A DNA stretch of 64,000 nt from Oscillatoria princeps RMCB-10 (GCA_019359235.1 JAHHHT010000036.1:24245-88244); one strand, 5' to 3'. Positions 30,822-39,802 are shown, counted from the stretch's first letter. Notes: generated by a model from the letters alone, not told the origin. Made by a program: numbers and translations.

Positions 30822-31601
30822 CTAGGAATGCAGCTGGCACTCTGCTGAGTGAGGAACTGTCAAATCCAAGATCGGTCTGCCGGTCAGGCAGTACCAGTGA
30901 CAGCTAAATAAATCCGGATCTTGCACGCCGATGCTGGCCACCGCCGGCTCGGCTGGATATGGCCACAAACGGTCAAAGCAAATCAGCTCCCCTTGAAATC
31001 CAAATTGCACCAAATAGGCCGCCGGCGGGGCGTCTAGGGAGCGCAGCAGCCGGTACGCAAACTCGTACAGCTGCTGCCGCCAACTGTCCGAGACGTGCGC
31101 CGGCTGCCTGTATTTTTTACAATCTCCGGATATAGCATTTATTCTCTCGCCTCCTGCTTGCTGGGGTTGTGGCGATATTTTTGCTGAGTAATAATCCGGA
31201 TTGCATATCACTTCGCCATACAGGGGCCCCCTGGCGGTGAGGACAGCCGGCAGCCAGTGCTCGCCGGCACCCGTGGCATATCCCAGTTGCTCGACGTGCC
31301 GGCGAAGTCCGGGGACATCGCGGCAAGTTTGGTAGGTGCGCTGAGCGGGAAATGAGACAGTATCCGGCAAATTAAGGGTTAAAGGGCAGAGGAGCGCCTC
31401 ACCGGCACGGAGGGCGCTGGCAATTCCCGGTTGCGTGAGGGAACTGGCGGAAATAGCGCGGACGGGTGCCGGTGGGGCGGGGGGTGAAGCGGAGATAGCC
31501 TGCGTGAGAGCAGAAACCATTTGAGCTGTCGCCGGCGATGCGAGGGTGAGTTCGCCAGAGTTCTCAGCTTCAGCATCGATTGCGATCAGGATTTCAGGCA
31601 T
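30822..31601 (-). CDS. hypothetical protein
   Basis: The ORF 30822-31667 is probably initiated at the internal Met (MPEILIAIDAEAEN), which limits the overlap with the upstream coiled-coil gene. No domain is recognised. Confidence 0.45.
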   Translation of the reverse strand: MPEILIAIDAEAENSGELTLASPATAQMVSALTQAISASPPAPPAPVRAISASSLTQPGIASALRAGEALLCPLTLNLPDTVSFPAQRTYQTCRDVPGLRRHVEQLGYATGAGEHWLPAVLTARGPLYGEVICNPDYYSAKISPQPQQAGGERINAISGDCKKYRQPAHVSDSWRQQLYEFAYRLLRSLDAPPAAYLVQFGFQGELICFDRLWPYPAEPAVASIGVQDPDLFSCHWYCLTGRPILDLTVPHSAECQLHS

Positions 31602-32175
31602 TGCCAAACGAGGGCAAGTTGATAGGAGAGTTAGAAGGGGAGAAGCTGGGCAGATCCAGCTGGCCATTCCCGCGACGGGTGCGGACGGCGAGCCGGTAGT
31701 TGAGACTTTGCAGTTCGGCGTGAAGCTGGCGATTTTCGCGCTGCAGCATGGCCACTTTCTCTTTCACCGGCTCCATGCGCTCAGCAAACTTCTCGCGATA
31801 GACGATCGGCAGTTCTTGCACGACTTGTTCCAGCATGCGGCTGCGGTCAGTCAATTCTTGCACGGACTGGCGCAGCTGGAAAAGCTCGGCATCGCGCTGG
31901 CCAACTTGCTCTTGGTAGAAGGCCAGCTGCTGCTCCAGACCTTCTAGCTGTTCGCGTATCGCCTTCATTTGGGCGGTGTTGCGTTCAGGCGCAGCCGGCT
32001 GCTGGGGCGGGACAAAGTTATTATTTTTGCCCTTGACCAGGCGGAACAGTTCCTGAGACAGCTGCTGGACGAGTTGGTCTTTCATCAGCAGTTCTTCCCG
32101 CAGCTGGGCGTTTTCGCTTTGCACGGATTGGAGGGATGGGAGTTCTGTTTGGCTCACGGTGGGTTGCAGCTCCAA
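31594..32175 (-). CDS. hypothetical coiled-coil protein
   Basis: 193 aa with long heptad-like LxxELxxL segments and a Pro/Ser-rich tail. Confidence 0.5.
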   Translation of the reverse strand: MELQPTVSQTELPSLQSVQSENAQLREELLMKDQLVQQLSQELFRLVKGKNNNFVPPQQPAAPERNTAQMKAIREQLEGLEQQLAFYQEQVGQRDAELFQLRQSVQELTDRSRMLEQVVQELPIVYREKFAERMEPVKEKVAMLQRENRQLHAELQSLNYRLAVRTRRGNGQLDLPSFSPSNSPINLPSFGNA

Positions 32176-32282
32176 AGATCAATAATGATTATGCCAGGAA
32201 TGGGAGGCGGCGGCTGCCGGCTCTTCTATTCCTTATATTAGTTTTTCGGCTAATTTACCACTGGTGGCGGGTTTTGACCATT

Positions 32283-32400
32283 CTGACGCCGGACAGGCGT
32301 CCCGCCTGTCCTCCCGCCTGTCCGGTGCGCAGGCGGGTGCGCAGGCGAGTGCGCAGGCGAGTGCGCAGGCGAGACGCCTGCGCTACGCCTTTTTGGGGCT
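32283..32400. repeat. GGACAGGCG-family palindrome followed by 4-5 x 12-nt tandem repeat (GCGCAGGCGRGT)
   Basis: ggacaggcgtcccgcctgtcc...gtgcgcaggcgggtgcgcaggcgagtgcgcaggcgagtgcgcaggcgagacgcctgcgc, lying right where the Uma2-like gene loses its 3' end. Confidence 0.8.
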
Positions 32401-32458
32401 TCTGAGGCTCTGTTTCAATCCCGTTGCCGGGATTCAGCTGGCCAAAAATCTTCTCCTC

Positions 32459-32917
32459 CTACCCCCTGCTGAAGTCATTGTCGCATTCTTTTGGGCTTCT
32501 TTGCACAACCGGGATGCTCTCTTCCGGTGCGCCTTCCACATACCCGTCATCGCTGAGCCGCGACTGTCCGCCGGCACTGGGTTCCAGTCGCAGGAGGGCA
32601 TCTGGTTGGGGTTCGTTGTCCACATCCAGGCGCACTGTGGCATTGTCGCCCAACCGAACGCCTGGTGTGGCAGTACGGTAGACCCACAGCCAGCCGATTA
32701 TAGTGCTGTGCGGTTCAGCGTGAGGCTCAAAACGTAACGGCGACGCCATATGCACCACTCCTTCAATCAGTTCAGCTTTCTTAATGTGCGGCATAGCTTG
32801 GTAGCGCCGCTCGAATTCATATCGAGTCAGCCGATCTCCATTCTCTAGGGGCGGCAATTTTTTTGGATCTCTCGCCGGCAATTGCTCTGGGTTGCGCACT
32901 AATTTTTCGACTGTCAT
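32459..32917 (-). pseudogene. Uma2/DUF820 family (putative restriction-endonuclease-like) protein, 3'-truncated
   Basis: The N-terminal 125 aa match the DUF820 layout (LTRYEFERRYQAMP...KAELIEGVVHMASP...NEPQPDALLRLEPSAGGQSRLSDDGYVEGAPE). No frame supplies the expected continuation of roughly 60 aa. The gene instead abuts the repeat block at 32283-32400. Confidence 0.55.
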
Positions 32918-33049
32918 AAGATATTCCCTTTGCCTACCTGCTTCCAGTTTACCGGCTGGGGGGGAAACCGGGAGATGTCACCTCCTGTAGAGACGCGACA
33001 CCGGCATTCGCACAGCAGGGGCGGTGAGCGGGGCCGCCGGCTCTAAATG

Positions 33050-33900
33050 TGCCGGTTGTGTGTGACAGAAATTTTCGCAAAAATTGCACAAATTTCTGGA
33101 TTTATGCTAACCTAAGGATAATGGAAAAGGTGCGGCAATATCAGGTCACTAATGGGCCACATTCCATCAACTTCCTTCCCCGACAATCGCCTCGCATTCC
33201 CGTGGTATTCCCCTTGTTCCCAGCATCTGTAGGGTGCGTTCCGCGTGAGTGTACTCCTTATTTGTGTGCGTAAATTGATAAGGCGGAACGCACCCCCCGG
33301 TTGCGGTGCGTTCCGCGTGCGAGCCGGCACCATTCTGCGTGCGAGAATGGATTACGCGGAACGCACCCTACTTTCTACAGCTAGTTCCCCGGCGATTAGC
33401 CAGGTTCCTGGCGATTGGAAAGATGTTGTTGGCGCTCTCCGTGAGGGGTTAGACCTACAGCTAGTTCCTCCGAGATTAGCTAGGTTCCTGGCGATTGGAA
33501 AGATGTTGTTGGCGTTCTCCCTGAGGGGTTAGACGTTCTCTCTGGGAAGTAAAGAACGGCGTTGCATTGGCGAAGCGAAATTTCGGGCGCAGTCGTAAAG
33601 ATCCGCGCCGCCAATGCTTCGCCCCTACATCGGATCTTGTGTAGGGGCGAAGCATGAGCGCGACTGTTTCTGCAATCGGTGAAAAGATTACATCCGCTCA
33701 TGCTTCGCCCTTCCCCCTAGCGCTAGCTACATATAACCTTTAAAAAACCAAGCCAAAAAGGGGGTATAGGGTGGGTAAGACCCTACATCAATTCGCCAAC
33801 AGCTTCTTTCCAATCGCCGGAGAACTAGCAAAATCGCCTGGGAACTAGCTGTAACAGCTGAATATGCAACGCCATCCTCAATGCGCTCAAATGCGCTCAT
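33050..33900. repeat. non-coding repeat island (TAGGGTGCGTTCCGC hairpins, 2 x ~75-bp tandem unit, GGGGCGAAGCATGAGCG hairpins)
   Basis: 33225-33370 carries inverted gtagggtgcgttccgc/gcggaacgcaccctac units. 33360-33540 carries two tandem copies of ctacagctagttcc..gattagc.aggttcctggcgattggaaagatgttgttggcg.tctcc.tgaggggttagac. 33590-33720 carries cgaagcatgagcg palindromes also found at 62290-62430. Confidence 0.75.
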
Positions 33901-36284
33901 GCAAACCACCGGCGAATTAACTCGACCTGGAAGCGGAAACCGTCACCGGCATGTTCAATGAGTTCGCGGCGCAAAAGCAGGTTGAGGGTGCTGTCGAGGC
34001 TGTCGGGAAACTGGCGGGAGAGAAATTGCCGGCTGGCTGTTGCGCGTTCCCCCTGTGCGGCGATGCGGCGCAATACGGCTAACCCACCGGCATCTATTTG
34101 GTTGCGTTCGATGTCGGAGAAAAAGAAACTGCCACTTTCTAAAGCACGCGGCACTGCAGCTTCTATATCGGCCAAGGTGGCAAACCGGCGCACCGAGGGA
34201 TCTTGCTCGTTTTTGAGAATCACAATCTCGTTGCAGAGGAGTTGCACCAAAAAGGGGTGATGGCGGGTTAAATCTAGAACTCGCTGAACCGCATCGGGTT
34301 CATAGCGCAGGGTAAAATCTTTGATGGGGCGCTCTATCAGCTGACGCGCTTCGGGTTCTCTCAGGTAGCTGATATGCACGACTTGCACGTTGATCAGGTA
34401 GCTCGCCCAGCGCTGAAATTCCTCTATCGTGTGGGAGCCGGCTAGCAGCACTTTGAAGCGGGGGCGGTGCTGGATTAAGTGGCGCAGCATTCCCAAAATG
34501 CGCTCTTCATCAAAGCGTCCTTTCCTGATGGCGCTGTCTAAAGCCTCGAATTCATCCAAGGCAAGCAGGGCGGTATTTTGTTCGAGTGTCTTTTCGACCT
34601 GATCTAGCCATTCGTCGAAGCCGGTGAAGGGATCTGCTGCTAGGGTTTCGCGGGGGAGGGGCGGCAGATTCAATTCGCTTTTTCGCTTGGCTGAGTTGAT
34701 CATGCCTTTAGCGAGGTTGTAGAGAAAACCTGCCGGGTCACTCGCCTGTGATGCCGGTCCTTGCAAGTCCACAAACATGGGGATGATACTGTTGGGGAGC
34801 AGGCGTCCGAGGTTGTTGAGAAGGGAGGTTTTGCCCATGCGCCGCTGACCGTAGAGTAGCAAAGGGGGGCGACGCCGGTCTAGCAGTAATTGCTCGATGC
34901 GCTTGCCGATCTCAGTGCCGCTGATATCAGCGGGTTTAACAAAGATTTGCTGCTGCTCATTCAGGGGAATGCCAGTGATGTAGGGGTTGTCAATCTCTTG
35001 GCGGAGTTCAGCTTCTTTTGCCAGTTCGGACACACGCTCGGCAAGAATTTGATGCCAGCGGAGGGCGATGGGCTGAAACCGAACCGCGTATTTGTCGCTG
35101 CTGCGGGTTAAGTCCTGCAACTTAACATATAAATGAGTTGCAACAGCGCTGAGCGCTAGACGCTGGTTATAAGCACTTTCCTGATTGAGAGCAGCGTCTG
35201 CATCCTCGCTGGTGCCACTGAAGATGCGCAGCACTGCGCGGGCTGGGCTTTGCAGTTCGCTAACAACCAGAGTGCGGTGAGCGTTACGGATGGCTTCCAC
35301 ATCCGAACAGCGTTCTAAACTCCATGCGTCCAGTTCAATTTGTGTCGGCTGTGCCGCCCAGCGCTGCCGGCTGGCGATCAGGTATTCGATGGCAGCTTTT
35401 CCCTCAGTTGGGTTGCGCTCCATCACTAAGAGGAGGTGCTTGTCCAAGTCATATAGGGGAATGCGCTGCCACTTATACCAAAAGGCAGAATGCCAGCGCA
35501 ACAGACTGGGTTGAGTGCCTGTACGTTTTTTGTCCAGTTCATACAGGAGGATATTCCATACGGCTAGGAAGGGATAGAGTACCGCTGGCAGCCACAAGTT
35601 TACAGTTACTGCCACGCCCGACGCCACGCCGAACGCCACGCCGAACGCCACGCCCCACACCACGCCCCACACCACGCCCCACACCACGCCGAACGCCACG
35701 CCGAACGCCACGCCCAACGCCACGCCCCACGCCACGCCGAACGCCACGCCGAACGCCACGCCGAACGCCACGCCCAACGCCACGCCCCACGCCACGTCCG
35801 ACGCCACGCCCCACGCCACGCCCCACGCCACGCCCGACACCACGCCCAACGCCACGCCCACCCCCACGCCCCACGCCACGCCCGACACTACGCCCAACGC
35901 CACGCCCAACTCCACGCCCAACGTCACGCCCCCCGCCACGCCCCCCGCCACGGCCCACGCCACACCCCACGCCAGGGCAGGAAAAATTTTGTCAGCTGAC
36001 TCGCCTAAGCCCCACAGTACCAATCCGAGAAGTGAGTTAACTAAGATAGGCGAGAGTAGATATCCTTGGAACAGCAGCCGCCACACAGCGGGGTTCCGCC
36101 AGCGCCCCTGTCTCATCAACAAAATCAGAGAGGAGTCAGGCTTCAAATTGGGGTGAATCCTGGTTAGGTGATTGCGGAAAGCTGTGGGGCGGAAGAAAAC
36201 CCAGAACAGCAGTTGCAGCGTGCCCAGAATTAGGTTGGGGTGCTGCTTAGGTGCGTGGGTGTAGGCGTTGCGCGGGACGTTCAT
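33897..36284 (-). CDS. three-domain protein: N-terminal glycine-zipper (GxxxG-repeat) membrane domain, conserved middle domain and C-terminal AAA-like (NPYITG...GKTSLL) ATPase
   Basis: 795 aa. Residues ~100-230 read ...GVAWGVALGVAFGVAFGVAFGVAWGV...GVVWGVVWGVVWGV... Then comes a middle domain shared with the 494-aa paralog. The C-terminal ATPase has NPYITGIPL, Walker A LLLYGQRRMGKTSLL and Walker B LALDEFEALD. Confidence 0.85.
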   Translation of the reverse strand: MNVPRNAYTHAPKQHPNLILGTLQLLFWVFFRPTAFRNHLTRIHPNLKPDSSLILLMRQGRWRNPAVWRLLFQGYLLSPILVNSLLGLVLWGLGESADKIFPALAWGVAWAVAGGVAGGVTLGVELGVALGVVSGVAWGVGVGVALGVVSGVAWGVAWGVASDVAWGVALGVAFGVAFGVAFGVAWGVALGVAFGVAFGVVWGVVWGVVWGVAFGVAFGVASGVAVTVNLWLPAVLYPFLAVWNILLYELDKKRTGTQPSLLRWHSAFWYKWQRIPLYDLDKHLLLVMERNPTEGKAAIEYLIASRQRWAAQPTQIELDAWSLERCSDVEAIRNAHRTLVVSELQSPARAVLRIFSGTSEDADAALNQESAYNQRLALSAVATHLYVKLQDLTRSSDKYAVRFQPIALRWHQILAERVSELAKEAELRQEIDNPYITGIPLNEQQQIFVKPADISGTEIGKRIEQLLLDRRRPPLLLYGQRRMGKTSLLNNLGRLLPNSIIPMFVDLQGPASQASDPAGFLYNLAKGMINSAKRKSELNLPPLPRETLAADPFTGFDEWLDQVEKTLEQNTALLALDEFEALDSAIRKGRFDEERILGMLRHLIQHRPRFKVLLAGSHTIEEFQRWASYLINVQVVHISYLREPEARQLIERPIKDFTLRYEPDAVQRVLDLTRHHPFLVQLLCNEIVILKNEQDPSVRRFATLADIEAAVPRALESGSFFFSDIERNQIDAGGLAVLRRIAAQGERATASRQFLSRQFPDSLDSTLNLLLRRELIEHAGDGFRFQVELIRRWFA
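35611..35973 (-). repeat. intragenic 12-nt minisatellite (about 30 copies of GCCACGCCSMAC) encoding the GV(A/V)(W/F) glycine-zipper units
   Basis: Near-perfect tandem 12-mers gccacgccgaac/gccacgccccac/gccacgcccaac lie on the plus strand inside the 795-aa gene. A more degenerate version lies at about 38950-39500 inside the 494-aa paralog. Confidence 0.9.
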
Positions 36285-36300
36285 GCTAATTCTTTACCTG

Positions 36301-37392
36301 TCACTCCAACAAATGTTTGAAGGGCTGTATCTGCTGTAACCCTTCTTTGCGCCAGCCGTCTCCAGTTTGCCCATGTTCAAAACTAACCCATCGCTCTTGA
36401 CAGAGGATTTGCACCAGAAGTGGCCATCGTCCGCTTTGGGTCAAAATCCACTCTACATCCTCATCTGGGAAGGTCATCGGCGAACCGGCAATCAACTCAC
36501 GCGCCTCTGCCTCTGTCAGCGGCCCCAAAGTCGCGCTATATCCGAAAATGTTGAAAAAGGGAGAACTGTGCCCGGTGTTGTGAGCCAGTTCAACCGGCGA
36601 TTCCGGCGCTGCCAGCACAAACGCCAGATTTCCACCGGCATAATTGGTTGCCCAAGATCGCAAGCACTCCCAGAACCCATCATCTAATTCTGGACAGCGT
36701 TGCAGTGCGACGCCTATCTCATCCAGCAGGATAACTGTGGGCGAGTGCAGCTTGTCGCCAACCGCATCCATGAAGCGATCCAAATCGCAGGGGTTGGGCA
36801 CCGGCACACCCAGGCACTCTAATATATAGCGCAGCAGCCCCTCCCGGCTGTGCCGGCGGGTATCTTGGAAGTCTGCGAAAATCCAGCGATAGCGTTCTGG
36901 ATGCGGCAGCCAGTCGGACTTTTGGCCAGGGCGCAACTCTGCCGGTGGGGTGGTGGTGATGTTTTTCAGGTAGTGCAGCAGGGAAGTCTTGCCGGTGCGC
37001 TTCTTGCCGATAATGGCGGCGTTTTGCAGCGGGTGGCGTTTCAGCAAGCCGAAAATGCGTTGAAGTTCGTAGTTGCGCCCAAAGAAGTGGCGAGGGTGGG
37101 TGATGGGGTTGCCGGTGATGAAGGGCGAGAGTTCCTCAATGGGTGCCGGTGGAGGTTGTGGATCTTCCTCTTCTTTACAGGCGATTTCTTGCCAGTCAAA
37201 CCCCAGTTTCTTGCTGAGTTCTACAAAATTCAGATAATCAACGGGTTGGCCATTGAGGAAGTTCTTGACGGTAGACAGAGATGGTTCTACTGCGTCAGCC
37301 AAAGCTTGCTGGCTGGGATAGCCGTTACGCTTGAGGGCCAATTTTACTTTATTGATGTACTCTGGGGCAACCCTGATCGACCGCGACATCAC
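36301..37392 (-). CDS. XRE-type HTH domain fused to AAA-like ATPase (paralog of the ATPase domain of the downstream 795-aa gene)
   Basis: 363 aa; N-terminal HTH QQALADAVEPSLSTVKNFLNGQPVDYLNFVELSKKLG, then SPFITGNPITHPRHFFGR...AIIGKKRTGKTSLLHYL (Walker A) and VILLDEIG (Walker B). The C-terminal WPLLVQILCQE parallels HPFLVQLLCNE in the 795-aa protein. The stop lies 17 nt before the next start. Confidence 0.85.
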   Translation of the reverse strand: MMSRSIRVAPEYINKVKLALKRNGYPSQQALADAVEPSLSTVKNFLNGQPVDYLNFVELSKKLGFDWQEIACKEEEDPQPPPAPIEELSPFITGNPITHPRHFFGRNYELQRIFGLLKRHPLQNAAIIGKKRTGKTSLLHYLKNITTTPPAELRPGQKSDWLPHPERYRWIFADFQDTRRHSREGLLRYILECLGVPVPNPCDLDRFMDAVGDKLHSPTVILLDEIGVALQRCPELDDGFWECLRSWATNYAGGNLAFVLAAPESPVELAHNTGHSSPFFNIFGYSATLGPLTEAEARELIAGSPMTFPDEDVEWILTQSGRWPLLVQILCQERWVSFEHGQTGDGWRKEGLQQIQPFKHLLE

Positions 37393-37545
37393 TGTTCCCA
37401 GGAAGGACTATCCGATTATAGAGCTTTTTTCCAGCCCAACCACAAGTCATCCCTAAGTCATCTCAAAGTCACCTGTTTCCCACCCCGCATCTCAACCTGC
37501 GCCAGGTTTAGATGGAATTGTAGAGTTCAAACCGACTAAAACGCC

Positions 37546-37866
37546 ATGTTGAATGAAACCCAAAACACCAACCAGACGTTACCCTCTACTTCTGAACCTG
37601 ATGGCGCTGTTCTGGACATGGAGCGAGAGTTCATGGAAGAACGCTTTCGTCAAGCTCGTCTCAGCTTCAACCTGACTCTCGGACTGACAGCAGTGAGTGC
37701 TTTCATCAGTGTTGTGGGTGTCGGACTTTTGTTTGCGGGGAAAGTTCCAGAAGGAAGCGTCACGACAGCTGGGGGGTTGAGTTCAAATCTTGTCAGCGTG
37801 CGCTTATTAAGGCTGACTAAGGAAACCAATGACCGGCTGGACAAAATGGCTCACGAGAGAATGTAG
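37546..37866 (+). CDS. small hypothetical protein with one predicted transmembrane helix
   Basis: 106-aa ORF divergent from the HTH-ATPase gene. It has a hydrophobic segment LTLGLTAVSAFISVVGVGLLFAG and is followed by GAAACCCGGTTTC palindromes. The call is tentative. Confidence 0.3.
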   Translation: MLNETQNTNQTLPSTSEPDGAVLDMEREFMEERFRQARLSFNLTLGLTAVSAFISVVGVGLLFAGKVPEGSVTTAGGLSSNLVSVRLLRLTKETNDRLDKMAHERM

Positions 37867-38290
37867 GGTGGGTTCCGCGCTATCTATTATCGCACATAAT
37901 GGGTTGGGTGAGAAACCGGGTTTCTTGAAGAAACCCGGTTTATTGGGGGCAGGGGGGTGGGTTCCGCCTTATGGATTTCCGCACACAAATCAGGGGTGCG
38001 GTCAGGCGGAACCCACCCTACTTACTATTGTAACCTGTATCGCGTGCCGGTGGCAAGAAAGCCGATTATTATAGCAATAGACAGTCAGTTTAGGACACTG
38101 GGACACGAGATACAAGGTATAGGCGTAGGGCAGGCGTCTCGCCTGCCCTTAAGGTCTCTGGGACAGGCGAGACGCCTGTCCTACGTCCTAACCTAAGTGG
38201 CTGCTGCTATATAGATTTTAGGAGGCAGAGCCTCCTTATTGGCGCTCCCAACCTTGGCGTCCTTGGCGTCTTGGCGGTTCCTCATTAATC
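37861..38290. repeat. intergenic cluster of dispersed repeats (GGGTGGGTTCCGC hairpin pair, GAAACCCGGTTTC palindromes, GGACAGGCG palindromes, CTTGGCG heptamers)
   Basis: Inverted gtagggtgggttccgc (37865) pairs with ggcggaacccaccctac (38005). The other elements are agaaaccgggtttcttgaagaaacccggttt (37921), gggcaggcgtctcgcctgccc / ggacaggcgagacgcctgtcc (38130-38190) and ccttggcgtccttggcgtcttggcggtt (38250). Confidence 0.8.
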
Positions 38291-38317
38291 CCAAATCACT
38301 CCCAAATTTCCTGCCAC

Positions 38318-39802
38318 TCATTCAGCGCCTGTGATGTGGGGGCTGCCGGCTTGTTGTTCAACTTCTGCCGCCAGTTCGCGGACACAACCGGCTACAATGT
38401 CATACCAGCGAAGGGCAATGGGGTAAAAACGAAGGGCGTCTTTATCGCCACAGGCGGTTAACTCCCGCAAGAAGTTATCCAGATTCTGCGCGACAGCGCT
38501 GAGGGCTAGCAGCCGGTTAAAGGCACTCTCCTGACTCACACCGGCATCTACTTCTTGGCTAATCTGGCCAAAGCTGATCAGCCAAATACCGGCAGGGCTT
38601 TCTAAATCACCGGCACCCAATTTTTGGTGTGCGTTACTGATATCTCGCACGCCGGCACAGTTTTCTAAACTCCTGGCGTCTATTTCAATCTGCGCCGCCA
38701 GCGCCGCCCAGCGCTGCCGGCTGGATTTCAGGTAGTTAATTGCGGCTTTGGCTTCATCGGGATTGCGCTCCAGTATCAAAATCAGGTGCTTGTCTAATTT
38801 AGGGAAAGGCAAAAACTGCCACTCATGCCAGAATGCAGAGTGCCGGTGCAACAAACTGAATTGACTCCCTGCAAATCGTTTGTCCAGTTGATAGAGGAGG
38901 ATATTCCACACTGCTAACAGAGGATAAAATACCACCGGCAGCCAATAGTTGACAGACACTCCCAGAGCGAACGCCACCCCCGACGCCACCCCCGACGACA
39001 GGCCAAATGCTAGACCCAAGGTGACAATCGACGCCAAGCGCCACCCGACGCGCCACGCGATGTCGGGCGAGACGCCGGGAACCACGCCCGACACCACGCC
39101 CAACACCACGCCCAAGGTGACGCCGGACATCACGCCCAACACCACGCCCAAGGCAAGACCGGATGCCAAACTGGACACCAGACCGGAGGCCACGTGAAAC
39201 GCGACGCCCAGCCCGACGCCAAACACCACGCCCAATCCGACGCCCCACCCCACACTCCGCTTGGCGCTAAACCCCGGACTCAAGGTGACGCCCAGGACTG
39301 CGCCCGACGCCGCGCCCAACCCGACGCCCCACCCGACGCCCCACGCGAACCCCAACGCCAAATTGAGCGCCACGCCCAGCGCCGCAGTCAGCCCGACGCC
39401 CAAGGTGACAGCTAGGGCCACGCCTGAGGCCACACCCCACTGCACGCCCGACGCCACCCACGATGTCAGCCCCCACCGCACGCCCGACGCCACGCGCCAG
39501 AAAATGATTTCTTTTGACTCGCCCAGTACCGACAGCACTAAACCCAGGATTGAAAATGCCAGGAAAGGTAAGATCAAATATTCCTGTATTAGCAGTCGCC
39601 ACAAAGCGCAGTTGCGCCACCGCAAACGGGTGCCCTGTTGCCCATTGGGGGTTAAGGCGGGGTCAATGCGGGTGAGGTGATTGCGCCATGCTGAGGGGCG
39701 GAAGAAAAGCCAGAACAGCAGTTGCAAACTGCCCAGAATAATATTGGGGTGCTGTTCGGGCGCATCTGTGTAGCTGTTGGGTGGAACAGTGGGAGAGGTC
39801 AT
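38318..39802 (-). CDS. paralog of the 795-aa gene with glycine-zipper membrane domain and middle domain but no ATPase domain
   Basis: 494 aa. The N-terminal 95 aa are highly similar (NIILGSLQLLFWLFFRPSAWRNHLTRI vs NLILGTLQLLFWVFFRPTAFRNHLTRI). The GxxxG-rich region is degenerate. The middle domain is conserved (WLPVVFYPLLAVWNILLYQLDKR...). The protein ends at ...PHITGAE, exactly where the ATPase starts in the paralog (NPYITGIPL). Confidence 0.8.
   Translation of the reverse strand: MTSPTVPPNSYTDAPEQHPNIILGSLQLLFWLFFRPSAWRNHLTRIDPALTPNGQQGTRLRWRNCALWRLLIQEYLILPFLAFSILGLVLSVLGESKEIIFWRVASGVRWGLTSWVASGVQWGVASGVALAVTLGVGLTAALGVALNLALGFAWGVGWGVGLGAASGAVLGVTLSPGFSAKRSVGWGVGLGVVFGVGLGVAFHVASGLVSSLASGLALGVVLGVMSGVTLGVVLGVVSGVVPGVSPDIAWRVGWRLASIVTLGLAFGLSSGVASGVAFALGVSVNYWLPVVFYPLLAVWNILLYQLDKRFAGSQFSLLHRHSAFWHEWQFLPFPKLDKHLILILERNPDEAKAAINYLKSSRQRWAALAAQIEIDARSLENCAGVRDISNAHQKLGAGDLESPAGIWLISFGQISQEVDAGVSQESAFNRLLALSAVAQNLDNFLRELTACGDKDALRFYPIALRWYDIVAGCVRELAAEVEQQAGSPHITGAE

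Noticed and set aside
35324-36040. 238-aa plus-strand ORF made of PRPTPRRTPRPTP repeats
   Set aside because: It is the antisense reading of the 12-nt minisatellite inside the minus-strand 795-aa gene. It has low-complexity composition and no independent support.
38823-39680. Several plus- and minus-strand ORFs (Arg/Gly-rich or Pro/Thr/Asp-rich) overlapping the 494-aa gene
   Set aside because: They are shadow ORFs generated by the degenerate repeat region of the glycine-zipper gene.
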